In this document: positions 35,460 to 44,717 of the stretch, piece by piece
Numbering within the stretch: position 1 is the stretch's first letter
Layout of the letters: the number at the start of each line of letters is the position of its first letter
From: Gemmatimonadales bacterium
Lineage (GTDB): Bacteria; Gemmatimonadota; Gemmatimonadetes; Gemmatimonadales; GWC2-71-9
Reading direction: 5' to 3'
Assembly (NCBI GenBank): GCA_041577295.1
Contig: JBFGJG010000011.1
Coordinates: forward strand, 34,814 to 98,813
DNA: 64,000 nucleotides
Program-made: the position numbers and the translations under genes
Notes under the pieces: generated by a model
Seen by the model: only the letters and a program-made list of their open reading frames with translations
The model's database searches: none
Told to the model about the DNA's origin: nothing

Positions 35460-38378
35460 TTACGGACGTTGGAACAGTTTGTCGAACGCCTCGCGTGCCT
35501 TCGGCTCGTCGCTCTCCGCCAACAGCTCGAGCGCTGCGAGCCGCATGGCGTTCACTGGATGCGTACGCGCTAGGTCGATCAGGGCGTCGATGCTCGCGCT
35601 CGAGTGCATCTCAGCAAGGGCCTCGAGCGCCTCGTGTTGCACACCCCGGTCGGGATCTTCGACTGCGATCTGCCGGAGGATCGCAATGATGCGGTCCGAG
35701 CTCCCGTGTTCGCCGAGCGACTCGATGGCCTCGTGGCGTATGTCGCGATTCACGTGGTGTCGGGCGATCCGCTCGAGCTCGTCGAGCGCGCGCGGTGACC
35801 GAATTTCACCGAGCGTCTCGACGGCCTCGCGTCGGACATCCGAGTCGAAGTCTTCTTCGGCAACCGTACGGAGCAACGACACCGCTTCCTCGCTCGGAAA
35901 CGCATCGGCCACCGTCTCGACGGCCTCACGTCGCACGTCCGCCCGCGGGTGCTCGCGGGCAATCCGTGCGATTGCAGCGCGTGCGGCCGGTGTACCCACG
36001 TCTTCTAGCGATTCGACTGCCTCGCGTTGCACCGCGACGTCGGGATCGATGGCGGCGATCTGGTCGAGAACCGCCACGGCGCGGTCGGCAGACGTGGTTT
36101 CTACCAGAGTTTCGACGGCCTCCATACGCACGTCGCGATCTGGATGTGTCCGCGCGAGCCGCTCCAGGATATCCGCCGACTCGAGAGAGCGTACGTCGCC
36201 GATCGACTCGATGGCCTCGCGGCGTACCTCGGCACTTGGGTCGTCTCTCGCCGCCTCTTCCAGGATTTGCAACGCACGCGCGGGCGGCGCCGCGTCTGCG
36301 ATTGTTTCCAGCGCCTCCGCGCGCGCCTCGGGCGCTGGGTGCGTGAACGCCACGCGCGCCAACTCGCCGAGGCCTTCGAGGGTGCCCAGGTCACCGAGCG
36401 TCTCGACAGCTTCGCGTTGCAGGTCGATAGCGGGATCGGTGAGGGCAATCTGGGCCAGCGCGGACGCGACCCGGGCCTCCTTGCGGTCGCCAAGCGCCTC
36501 GATGGCCTCCTCGCGGACGCGTGCATCGTCGAGCGTTTGCGCGAGGGCAATGAGCGTGTCCGTTGCCTCCGGCAGCGCGTGATACCCCAGAGCCTCCGCG
36601 GCTTCACGCCGGACCTGAATGGAACGATCGGACCGCGACGCCCGGGCGAGCGCATGAAGAGCGCCCGGTGTAGGGTGCCAGCCAAGCCAATCGGCTGCTT
36701 CCTCGCGAATGTCGTCCGACTCCCGGCTATCGAGACGGCTGATGAGCAACGGTGCGACCGCATCCGAGCTGTTGTGCACACCAAGGGCACTAGTCAAATC
36801 TTCCCGCAACTTGGCGGACGACGTCTGGGCAAAGAGACGTTCGACCAGAGCGATGCTGGCGCCGTCCGGCGCGCCGCCCAGCCATAAGACCGGAAAGTCA
36901 TCCAGCCCGATCGAAAGTCCCATTGAGGCAATCCACACGCCAACCGGTTGTCCCCGCTGAATGGCGAATAAGAGCGCCACCGCTTGCGGATCGTCCGTCC
37001 CGATGATCCTACGCAGGGAGGATTCCTCCTCACGCGGCCCGTCGCGGTCAAAGATGCGCATGCGGCCCTGGATCCCGGGCCAATGGCGACCGAGTCCGTC
37101 CTCCCCGATCCGGGCCACGAAGATCGACTCGCCGTTGAGTGTCGCGAGAGGTTGGATCTCGTAGCCGATCCAGTAGGTGTCGAATCCCCCTCGACGCGCT
37201 TCTGCCGCTGCCCAAGCCCAACGCTCGTCGAGGGACGCTCGGGGATCTGGATGACGAATGACCGTATCTGGCGGGTTCACCGAGGCGGTCTCGTGCGCGA
37301 CGTCGCTGAGCGTATCGGCGTTCCCGCTGCGGTCCGCCGTGCCCGATAGCGTCGTGGAAGCGCCGACAAAGAGCACGGCGGTGAGCGCCGCGGCCCCGGC
37401 CGCCCATCGGGGCAGCAAGTCCGCGGAGCGAGCTCCCGGGTGTAGGACTCTACGGATGCGTGTTAGGAGCGAGCCGCCGGTCGCCGCAACAGCGAGTCCC
37501 AATCGTTCACCCCGCAGCTCTTCCAACCGCAACAGTGCCTTTGCATAAAACTCGGCGTCCTGGCACACGCTGACTGCAACATCGTCACAGCAGTGCTCGC
37601 GTGCCTCGCGAATCCGTCCTGATACCCACCATACCGCGGGGTGATAGAAGAGGAGCGTCTCGACGACGGCCTGAAATAGATTGACGAGTGAGTCGTGTCG
37701 TCGTACGTGAGCCAGCTCGTGGGCGAGTAAGACCTCGAGCTGCTGCGGTGACAGTCCCGTGATGACGCTCGCCGGCAACAGAATGACCGGCGTAATGAAC
37801 CCGACGACGGCAGGAACACGCACCACAGTCGATTCCAGCGCGCGAACCGCACGGGTCATTTGCAGCCGCGTCGAGAGACGTTCCACGAGGAGGCGACACG
37901 ACGCTGGTGGCTCTCTGGTTCCCTCGGTTCGCAAACGGCGCGCTCGCCCGATGCCTCCCAATAACCGCACGGAGAGCAGCAGCACACCCACACCCCAGAT
38001 GACGACCAGTGTGGGAAGCCACCGATCCACGATCATTCCAAGCGGTTTGGCCCCATCGTGAACAGCGGCAAATTCGAATGCACCGTTCGTCGTGCCCGAT
38101 GGGTCCCGCGGAGCCGGCTGGCTCACCGCCACTTTGGACGGGGCGAACGCGGGGGCCGCCGTCAGGGCCGTCATCTCCGTTTGATCTTCGGACAGCCGCA
38201 CGGCCGTGAAGACCGGAAGTGCAAGCATCAGGGCCAGCGTTATCACACCACACACATATCGCAGCTGAGGCGCGCGGTCTCTGGTTATCACTAGCAGGAT
38301 GGCAAGCAACCCGGCAGCTATGACGGCCTGCCAGAGAAAGTGGATGAGAGCCCAGCCAAGGGCGTGCGTCGTCATCAT
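35460..38378 (-). CDS. BlaR1/MecR1-type M56 membrane metalloprotease fused to a long HEAT-repeat domain
   Basis: N-terminal TM helices plus the HELAHVRRHD zinc motif. The C-terminal ~420 aa holds at least 13 units of ~31 aa, such as D..VRREAVETLG. No penicillin-binding sensor domain is present. Confidence 0.87.
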   Translation of the reverse strand: MMTTHALGWALIHFLWQAVIAAGLLAILLVITRDRAPQLRYVCGVITLALMLALPVFTAVRLSEDQTEMTALTAAPAFAPSKVAVSQPAPRDPSGTTNGAFEFAAVHDGAKPLGMIVDRWLPTLVVIWGVGVLLLSVRLLGGIGRARRLRTEGTREPPASCRLLVERLSTRLQMTRAVRALESTVVRVPAVVGFITPVILLPASVITGLSPQQLEVLLAHELAHVRRHDSLVNLFQAVVETLLFYHPAVWWVSGRIREAREHCCDDVAVSVCQDAEFYAKALLRLEELRGERLGLAVAATGGSLLTRIRRVLHPGARSADLLPRWAAGAAALTAVLFVGASTTLSGTADRSGNADTLSDVAHETASVNPPDTVIRHPDPRASLDERWAWAAAEARRGGFDTYWIGYEIQPLATLNGESIFVARIGEDGLGRHWPGIQGRMRIFDRDGPREEESSLRRIIGTDDPQAVALLFAIQRGQPVGVWIASMGLSIGLDDFPVLWLGGAPDGASIALVERLFAQTSSAKLREDLTSALGVHNSSDAVAPLLISRLDSRESDDIREEAADWLGWHPTPGALHALARASRSDRSIQVRREAAEALGYHALPEATDTLIALAQTLDDARVREEAIEALGDRKEARVASALAQIALTDPAIDLQREAVETLGDLGTLEGLGELARVAFTHPAPEARAEALETIADAAPPARALQILEEAARDDPSAEVRREAIESIGDVRSLESADILERLARTHPDRDVRMEAVETLVETTSADRAVAVLDQIAAIDPDVAVQREAVESLEDVGTPAARAAIARIAREHPRADVRREAVETVADAFPSEEAVSLLRTVAEEDFDSDVRREAVETLGEIRSPRALDELERIARHHVNRDIRHEAIESLGEHGSSDRIIAILRQIAVEDPDRGVQHEALEALAEMHSSASIDALIDLARTHPVNAMRLAALELLAESDEPKAREAFDKLFQRP

Positions 38379-38761
38379 GGTTGGTCTCCAGGCAACTTGT
38401 CGATCAAGTCCCGTATCTCGCGCAACTCCTGTGGTGAGGCCGGTCGGTCGGAGAGGGCCTGCAAAACCAGGCCTGCCGCCGATCCCTCGAAGACCCGGTC
38501 AACTAGATCAGACACGAAACGTCGCTTGATGGTTGCTTCCGTCACTGCAGCCCGGTAGACATGGGTTCGCGATGTTGTGTCCCGAGTCACGAGGCGCTTG
38601 TCAGTCATGATTTGCAGCAGCTTGAGCACGGTCGTGTAGCCCGTGCTGCGGCGCTCAGCCAAGTCCTCACGAACTTCACGAACGGTGCTGGGGCCGCGAC
38701 GCCAAAGGACCTGGAGAATCTCCAGCTCAGCGTTGGTGGGGTATCTGATGTCCGAGTTCAT
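38375..38761 (-). CDS. BlaI/MecI/CopY-family transcriptional repressor
   Basis: LE.L.VLW..GP.TVREV......R...YTTVLKLLQIM..K.LV is the BlaI signature. 4-nt overlap with the BlaR1-like gene. Confidence 0.9.
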   Translation of the reverse strand: MNSDIRYPTNAELEILQVLWRRGPSTVREVREDLAERRSTGYTTVLKLLQIMTDKRLVTRDTTSRTHVYRAAVTEATIKRRFVSDLVDRVFEGSAAGLVLQALSDRPASPQELREIRDLIDKLPGDQP

Positions 38762-38877
38762 GGCCCGATGATATACGAAGGTTTTCGTATTGTCAATACG
38801 AAGGTTGTCGTAGTCCGCTCGACGGGCCCTAGTTGGGGGGGCATTATTTCGCGAGGCGCCTGGGAGGAGGAATCTTC

Positions 38878-39741
38878 ATGAATAAGAGGGTCGTCGTCGT
38901 TCTCACCATGCTTGCTGCGCTTGCGGCGGCCTGGGTTACGGTGCGGTACTTCGTGAGCAGCCGGGCCGAGGGGGTGTTGATTCGGCCAGCACCGCCCGGT
39001 GCGCCCTTGGCGGCGGACTCAGTGGCCTCGTTTTCTGAGTTCTTCATCGAAAGCGGTACCCGGCGCCTACAGGCGAGGCTGGTACGCTCTGCGGACACCG
39101 CGACACCGGGCACCGCGGTGCTCGTGTTTCACGGAAACCGGACAACGGTGTCCGACATGGTGGATCTCCAATTGGTGCTCTTCCGGGCAGGCATCACATC
39201 GATGGTCTTCGACTACACTGGGTTCGGCAACAGCACGGGAACGCCGTCGGTGCGTCGGCTGCGGCAGGATGCGCGCGCGGCCTTCGGGGCGTTCGTGGAT
39301 AGTGTGGGACGGACTACCCGCAAGTTCGTCATGGGTACGTCGCTCGGTGCGGCCGTGATTATGGATTCCGTTCACGACCTTCAACTTGGCGTCGAGGGGG
39401 TCATTCTCATCGGAACGTTCGCCTCGAGCAGGGAAACCGCGGTCCGTCAGGGCCGCGTGCCCGGTTGGGCGGCATTCGTACTCGAGGATCACTACAACAA
39501 TGTGGAAGCGGCCGGGCAGCTGAGGAAACCGCTGTTGGTGATCCATAGCGAGCAAGATGAATTGTTCCCGATGTCAGATGCCGAAGCGATCGTCGCAACG
39601 GCAGCTGGCGTAGCCCGCTTGGTGCGGTTGGTGAACGTCGCGCACGATCGCTACCTCACGGCCGAGCAGCATTGGAAGCCGATCATCCAGTTCATGAAAG
39701 CTCCCGGTGAGATGGAGGTTCCGTCAGAGGCGGACGGATAG
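38878..39741 (+). CDS. alpha/beta hydrolase
   Basis: GGAGGAGG lies before the ATG at 38878. N-terminal anchor, HG oxyanion motif (LVFHGN), nucleophile elbow GTSLG, and late D/H residues. Confidence 0.8.
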   Translation: MNKRVVVVLTMLAALAAAWVTVRYFVSSRAEGVLIRPAPPGAPLAADSVASFSEFFIESGTRRLQARLVRSADTATPGTAVLVFHGNRTTVSDMVDLQLVLFRAGITSMVFDYTGFGNSTGTPSVRRLRQDARAAFGAFVDSVGRTTRKFVMGTSLGAAVIMDSVHDLQLGVEGVILIGTFASSRETAVRQGRVPGWAAFVLEDHYNNVEAAGQLRKPLLVIHSEQDELFPMSDAEAIVATAAGVARLVRLVNVAHDRYLTAEQHWKPIIQFMKAPGEMEVPSEADG

Positions 39742-39745
39742 GTCC

Positions 39746-40747
39746 ATGCGGGTTATAGCATCTTGGTCGGTCCGGTTTGCACACGGGCAGGTGGCCGCGT
39801 GGCTGTCGGTCTGTACGTTGGTTGGCTGTGTCGGATCATCTCGCGCGGTGGTGCAGGAATGCATTGCACCCGCCAATCCAGGTGGTGGTTGGGACCTCAC
39901 CTGTCGGTCGGCCGCTCAAGTTCTCGGGGAGTTGGGTCTGTCACGAGGGACCATGCGCGTGGTCAATATGCCAGGTGCAGGAGGCGGTGTTGCCTACGCG
40001 CACACCGTGACGCAACGAAATCAGGATCCGCGGGTGTTGGTGGCGGCAAGCCCGGCGACGACGCTGCGGTTGGCCCAGCGCCAGTACGGTCGATTCACTG
40101 AGCACGATGTCCGGTGGGTTGCCGCCATCGGTGCAGAGTACGGCGTGCTAGCGGTTCGACACGACGCGCCGTGGCCAGATCTCCAAGCGTTGGTCGCTGC
40201 GTGGCGGCGGCAACCCGAAAGCGTGGTGGTGGGTGGAGGCAGCGCCATGGCTGGTCAGGATCACATGAAGGTGTTACTCCTCGCGCATCGCGCAGGTGCC
40301 GACCCGCGGCGCATCCGCTATGTCCCATTCGACGGTGGTGGTGAGGCGATGACGTCCCTTCTCGGTGGTTTCGTACAAGTGTTCTCCGGGGAGGTGTCCG
40401 AGGTGGAGGGGCAATTGGACGCCGGCAACATGCGCGTTCTCGCGGTGCTCGCGCCAGAGCGGTTGCGTGGGTCGTTGGCGGATGTGCCAACGGCTATCGA
40501 GCAGGGATTCGACATCGAGTGGATCACGTGGCGCGGATTCTACGTGCCAGCAGGTATCGCCGATTCGGTGTATGCAGACTGGGTGTCGCTCATGAGGCAG
40601 TTGGGCTCGTCCGAATCGTGGGCGCGCGCTCGACGCGCCAACCGTTTGCAGCCGTTTCTCCGGGTGGGCGACGAGTTCAGCACGCTCGTCGAGGAGCAGG
40701 TCGAATCTTTTCGAGCGATGTCGCGTGAGATCGGCTTGATCCCGTGA
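39746..40747 (+). CDS. tctC: tripartite tricarboxylate transporter substrate-binding protein (Bug/TctC family), lipoprotein
   Basis: Lipobox LVGC after the ATG at 39746. VVNMPGAGGGVAY is the Bug-family motif. Confidence 0.85.
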   Translation: MRVIASWSVRFAHGQVAAWLSVCTLVGCVGSSRAVVQECIAPANPGGGWDLTCRSAAQVLGELGLSRGTMRVVNMPGAGGGVAYAHTVTQRNQDPRVLVAASPATTLRLAQRQYGRFTEHDVRWVAAIGAEYGVLAVRHDAPWPDLQALVAAWRRQPESVVVGGGSAMAGQDHMKVLLLAHRAGADPRRIRYVPFDGGGEAMTSLLGGFVQVFSGEVSEVEGQLDAGNMRVLAVLAPERLRGSLADVPTAIEQGFDIEWITWRGFYVPAGIADSVYADWVSLMRQLGSSESWARARRANRLQPFLRVGDEFSTLVEEQVESFRAMSREIGLIP

Positions 40748-41199
40748 ACGTCCGCCGGCTTGGGACAGACCGTGTGGCCGGCGCCGCCATGCTGGTGCTC
40801 GCTGGGTTCATCGGTTGGGAGTCCCGATCGTTCACGGTGCGGTTCGTGACCGATCCGCTCGGTCCCAAAGCCCTGCCACTCTTCGTCGCCAGCATGCTCG
40901 CCATTGCCGGGGTGTATGTCCTTGCTCGCCCCACGGCGGACCCAGCGTGGCCCGCGCGCCAAGCCTGGCGCAAGATTATCGTCACGGTCATCACGTTTCT
41001 CGTGTACGCCGGCTTGCTCTACCCATTGGGTTTTTTCCTTCCCACCGCGGCGGTCGTCTTCCTGCTCGCGCTGCTGTTTGGCGGAACTCCAGTACGCAGT
41101 GCGATCGCCGCGGTGCTCTTTGCCGGCTTCCTCCAGGCGTTGTTTGGGTATGTGCTCGGTTTGACGCTCCCGGTGGGCGCGCTGTTTCTCGCGGGCTGA
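40744..41199 (+). CDS. tctB: tripartite tricarboxylate transporter small membrane subunit TctB
   Basis: 4 TM helices, 151 aa. 4-nt overlap with tctC and directly followed by tctA. Confidence 0.8.
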   Translation: MNVRRLGTDRVAGAAMLVLAGFIGWESRSFTVRFVTDPLGPKALPLFVASMLAIAGVYVLARPTADPAWPARQAWRKIIVTVITFLVYAGLLYPLGFFLPTAAVVFLLALLFGGTPVRSAIAAVLFAGFLQALFGYVLGLTLPVGALFLAG

Positions 41200-41202
41200 A
41201 GC

Positions 41203-42699
41203 GTGGACGCGCTCCAGCATCTCCTGCAGGGCTTCGCGGTTGCGGCCCAACCCCTCAATCTCGCGCTCGCGTTCGTCGGTGTGCTGATCGGCACGGTTGT
41301 GGGAATGCTTCCGGGCATCGGCCCGATCAATGCCATCGCCATTCTCATCCCGCTGACCTTTGCGGCCGGTGTGCCGCCGAGCTCGGCGCTTATCCTCTTG
41401 GCTGGCATCTACTACGGCTCGCAGTACGGCAACTCCATTAGCACGATCCTGCTCAACGTGCCGGGCACGGCGTCGTCGGTGGTGACCGCGCTCGATGGCT
41501 ACGCCATGACCAGGCAGGGCCGCGCCGGTCCGGCGTTGGCGATCTCCGCTATCGCCTCGTTCTTCGGCGGAACGATATCGATCTTTGGGCTCGTCCTGCT
41601 GGCACCGTTGCTAGCGCAGTGGGCCGTACGGTTCGGACCGGCGGAGTACTTCGCGCTGATGGTCTTTGCGGTGTCAGCGCTGTCTGGTCTGGCAGGAAAG
41701 AGCATGGCCAAGGCCCTCGCGGCGACCGCGTTTGGCTTGGCGTTAGCGACCGTGGGGCTCGACCCACTGAGCGGTATCCCCCGTTTCACCTTCGGTCAGA
41801 TCAAGCTGCTCGACGGCATGGACTTCGTGGTGGTGACCATCGGGTTGTTTGCGGTGAGCGAGGTGCTCCAAGTCTTGGAAGACACCGAGCGCGGCCGCCG
41901 TGTGACGGTTGCCCTCGAGCGGGCCATGGTCTCACTCCGTGAGACGCTGACGAGCCTCTGGTCCATGGTCCGGGGCAGCGTGATAGGGTTTCTGGTCGGA
42001 GTGTTGCCGGGCGCCGGCGGGACGATCGCGAGCTTCGTTGCCTACACGACCGAACAGCGCTTCTCGGATAGGGGAGGGACATTCGGCAGGGGTGATATCC
42101 GCGGCGTCGCTGCCCCCGAAGCCGCTAACAATGCGGCTGCCAACGGCGCCATGATCCCGCTGCTCACTCTCGGTGTGCCCGGTAGTGGCACCACGGCCGT
42201 CTTACTGGGAGCTCTGTTGGCGATGAACGTGACACCGGGGCCGCTCCTAATGACTCAGCACCCGGACGTCTTTTGGGGACTAGCGGCTTCGATGTACATC
42301 GGTAACGCCATCTTGCTGTTGCTCAACCTGCCACTGGTAGGCGTGTTCGTTCGCATTCTCAGGCTCCCACGCTGGTTTCTCTTCCCCGCGGTCGCCGCGC
42401 TGAGCTTCATCGCGGTCTACGCCGTCAACTCGAGCGCGTTCGATCTGATCTTGATGACGGGCTTTGGCGTGCTCGGCTACGCCATGCGGAAGGCGGACTT
42501 TCCGTTGGCTCCGGTGATCCTCGGGCTCGTGTTGGGACCGCTGATGGAGAAGAACCTCCGCCGCGCACTGATTCTCAGTGGTGGAGATTGGGGCGTGCTG
42601 TTCTCCAGCCCCGTCGCTGTCGCTCTGTGGTTGCTCGCGGTCGCTGGTCTCGTGGCACCGCTGTTTCTCAGGCCCTCCACAAGAAAAGGCGCCGGCTGA
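41203..42699 (+). CDS. tctA: tripartite tricarboxylate transporter large permease TctA
   Basis: About 500 aa with many TM helices. Motifs LPGIGP and PEAANNAA are typical of TctA. Confidence 0.9.
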   Translation: MDALQHLLQGFAVAAQPLNLALAFVGVLIGTVVGMLPGIGPINAIAILIPLTFAAGVPPSSALILLAGIYYGSQYGNSISTILLNVPGTASSVVTALDGYAMTRQGRAGPALAISAIASFFGGTISIFGLVLLAPLLAQWAVRFGPAEYFALMVFAVSALSGLAGKSMAKALAATAFGLALATVGLDPLSGIPRFTFGQIKLLDGMDFVVVTIGLFAVSEVLQVLEDTERGRRVTVALERAMVSLRETLTSLWSMVRGSVIGFLVGVLPGAGGTIASFVAYTTEQRFSDRGGTFGRGDIRGVAAPEAANNAAANGAMIPLLTLGVPGSGTTAVLLGALLAMNVTPGPLLMTQHPDVFWGLAASMYIGNAILLLLNLPLVGVFVRILRLPRWFLFPAVAALSFIAVYAVNSSAFDLILMTGFGVLGYAMRKADFPLAPVILGLVLGPLMEKNLRRALILSGGDWGVLFSSPVAVALWLLAVAGLVAPLFLRPSTRKGAG

Positions 42700-42714
42700 T
42701 CTGCCGGCGCCTTG
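42687..42714. terminator. bidirectional hairpin between convergent genes
   Basis: AAGGCGCCGGC-tgatct-GCCGGCGCCTT forms an 11-bp stem that overlaps the tctA stop codon. Confidence 0.5.
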
Positions 42715-42738
42715 GCCAAAACTAACCACCAGTGTTCC

Positions 42739-43548
42739 CTATTGAGAGCTTCCGACCGCGGCTTGCTGTTGCACCGAATAGCTCATATCGGGCCGGTAGT
42801 CGGAATCGAAGTGGTGCGCACGGGTGATGAGCTGCGTGAAGCGCCCGAGCATGCCCGTCCACCGCTCCTGGGCGCCCTTGGCCTCGATCATCCGATCGAG
42901 ATTGTTCTCGCCGTAGAAGTTCTCGCGACTGTCAAACCAGGTCACGATATGGTGCTCACCCGTCCCGCCGATGCGCGGGCGGAATCCCATCATCGGATAC
43001 GGGTACCCCATCTCCTTCACGAACGCCATGAACTCCTTCATCAGTGCGTCATACTGTTCTTCGACACCGGGCTTGAGCCAGATTTCGTCGACGTGCGCGA
43101 CCGGCAAGTTCGCCATATCCATACCGGTCTCGTAACCCCACCCCGGGACGCTTTGGGTGACGAGATTGCTGACCGTTGTAGCAGCCGTGGCGTTCAGTTG
43201 CTGGAACGCTGCCATCAGTGGGGCCTGTCCCGGCGTACCCTCGAACTGGCGCATCCATGCCATCTCGTCATCGAAATACGCCATGTTCTTGATCGGATAA
43301 ACGAGCCGGTACTCGAAGATGTTCTCTTGATAAAAACTCCACGAGTAGTCGTTCGAGAGCTGCGCTTGCTTCGCGGCAGCAACGATCTTCTGAATTCCCT
43401 CCGTCCACTTGGCGGCATCCGCCGGATTGACTTCCCACTTGATGAGGTGAACGAGTTCGCCACCGCCTTCGTCCTGCGCGGGCGCGGCCGCCGGCACGAA
43501 CGCGACGCCGACTGCGGCGAGGGTGAGTAAGGGGACCAGCCGTTTCAT
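42739..43548 (-). CDS. secreted hypothetical protein
   Basis: GGAGG before the ATG at 43548. Signal peptide MKRLVPLLTLAAVGVAFVPAAAPAQ. No recognised motif. Confidence 0.65.
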   Translation of the reverse strand: MKRLVPLLTLAAVGVAFVPAAAPAQDEGGGELVHLIKWEVNPADAAKWTEGIQKIVAAAKQAQLSNDYSWSFYQENIFEYRLVYPIKNMAYFDDEMAWMRQFEGTPGQAPLMAAFQQLNATAATTVSNLVTQSVPGWGYETGMDMANLPVAHVDEIWLKPGVEEQYDALMKEFMAFVKEMGYPYPMMGFRPRIGGTGEHHIVTWFDSRENFYGENNLDRMIEAKGAQERWTGMLGRFTQLITRAHHFDSDYRPDMSYSVQQQAAVGSSQ

Positions 43549-43712
43549 GGATGCCTCCAGAGAGTGAGCCGGAGTGCGGAAACTGCGACAGCGTAGCAAA
43601 AGTGTGGGTCAAACACCGTCACCGCAACCTCGTGCCTGGCGATTCCGCCTGGCCTTGGTAGGTTTAGACGCCGTGACTGGTGGAAGTTACGCGTCGACAA
43701 AAGGGGTTTCGC

Positions 43713-44519
43713 ATGCGGTATCGAGTGGTTGGTCTGGTCGCAGTGCTCGCCGTGATGGCCTCGTGGCTTTGGGCACATGATCTGTTCATCAAGCTGGACA
43801 CCTATTTCCTCTCCGAAGGCACACGGGTCCGGGTTGCGGTGCTCAATGGGACATTCTTCAAGAGCGAGAACGCTATCGCCCCAGATCGGGTCGCCGACCT
43901 GAGTGTCGTCCATGGCGGTCACCGGACCAAGTTGGCCACGACGCTGTGGAACCCATCGGGCGATTCAACCTTTTTTACGATCGAAACGCGCGAGGCGGGC
44001 ACCTACGTCGTCGGCGTGTCAACCAAAGCGCGAGAGCTCGCGTTGAGCGCCAACGATTTCAACGAGTATCTGGAGCACGATGGGATTCCGGACGTGCTCG
44101 ACGCTCGCAGGCGAGACGGCGAGCTCGCGAACGATGTGGTCGAGAAGTATCACAAACATGTGAAAGCGATCTTTCAGGTGGGTGGCCGACGGACAGCTGA
44201 CTTCGGAACGGTGCTGGGTTACCCCGCCGAGCTCGTGCCTGTGGTAAACCCGTACGAGCTGCGTGTTGGTGGAACGCTGCGAGTACGCGCTCTCGTTGAC
44301 GGTGTGGCCAGAGCCAATCAGCTCGTGATCGCCGGCGGTGAGGCAAATGCGAGACCGATCAATGAGCGATCCGCCCGCACCGACACGAATGGTGAGGCGT
44401 CGTTCGTGCTCCACACGGCAGGCAAGTGGTACGTGAAGTTCATTGCGATGGAGCGTTCGGGGGAGGCCGACCTCGACTACGAATCCAAGTGGGCGACCCT
44501 GTCGTTTGAGGTTCGCTGA
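43713..44519 (+). CDS. DUF4198 domain protein (periplasmic, NikM-like metal-binding family)
   Basis: Signal peptide ending WAHDLFIKLD (mature N-terminal His). The body follows the DUF4198 pattern, including TDTNGEASF. Confidence 0.72.
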   Translation: MRYRVVGLVAVLAVMASWLWAHDLFIKLDTYFLSEGTRVRVAVLNGTFFKSENAIAPDRVADLSVVHGGHRTKLATTLWNPSGDSTFFTIETREAGTYVVGVSTKARELALSANDFNEYLEHDGIPDVLDARRRDGELANDVVEKYHKHVKAIFQVGGRRTADFGTVLGYPAELVPVVNPYELRVGGTLRVRALVDGVARANQLVIAGGEANARPINERSARTDTNGEASFVLHTAGKWYVKFIAMERSGEADLDYESKWATLSFEVR

Positions 44520-44717
44520 GTCGGCGCGCTCGGCGGCTATAGCTGACGGAGGGTGGCGGTCGGTTCGTAGGGGCGCTCGCGAGTCGGCGGTCTCGGCTGC
44601 GGACTCTTAACAGCAAGCACCAACATCACGTTTTCGGCTAGCGTCGAGTCCGCCGGTCAAGCGGTGCACGTCCGATCCACTCCCCAATCCTGCCCACCTA
44701 CGGTGGCTGCCGAACAC

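Noticed and set aside
35386-36582. 398-aa plus-strand ORF, very rich in Ser/Ala/Arg
   Set aside because: It is antisense to the HEAT-repeat part of the BlaR1-like gene, which has clear motifs. It is low-complexity, has no SD and no motif. This is a typical shadow ORF of a GC-rich repetitive gene.
44520-44717. 198-nt spacer between convergent genes, checked for a tRNA, sRNA or terminator
   Set aside because: It holds only short direct repeats (GAGTCGGCGnnCTCGGC twice) and weak stems. There is no cloverleaf and no stem plus U-tract, so nothing is supportable.
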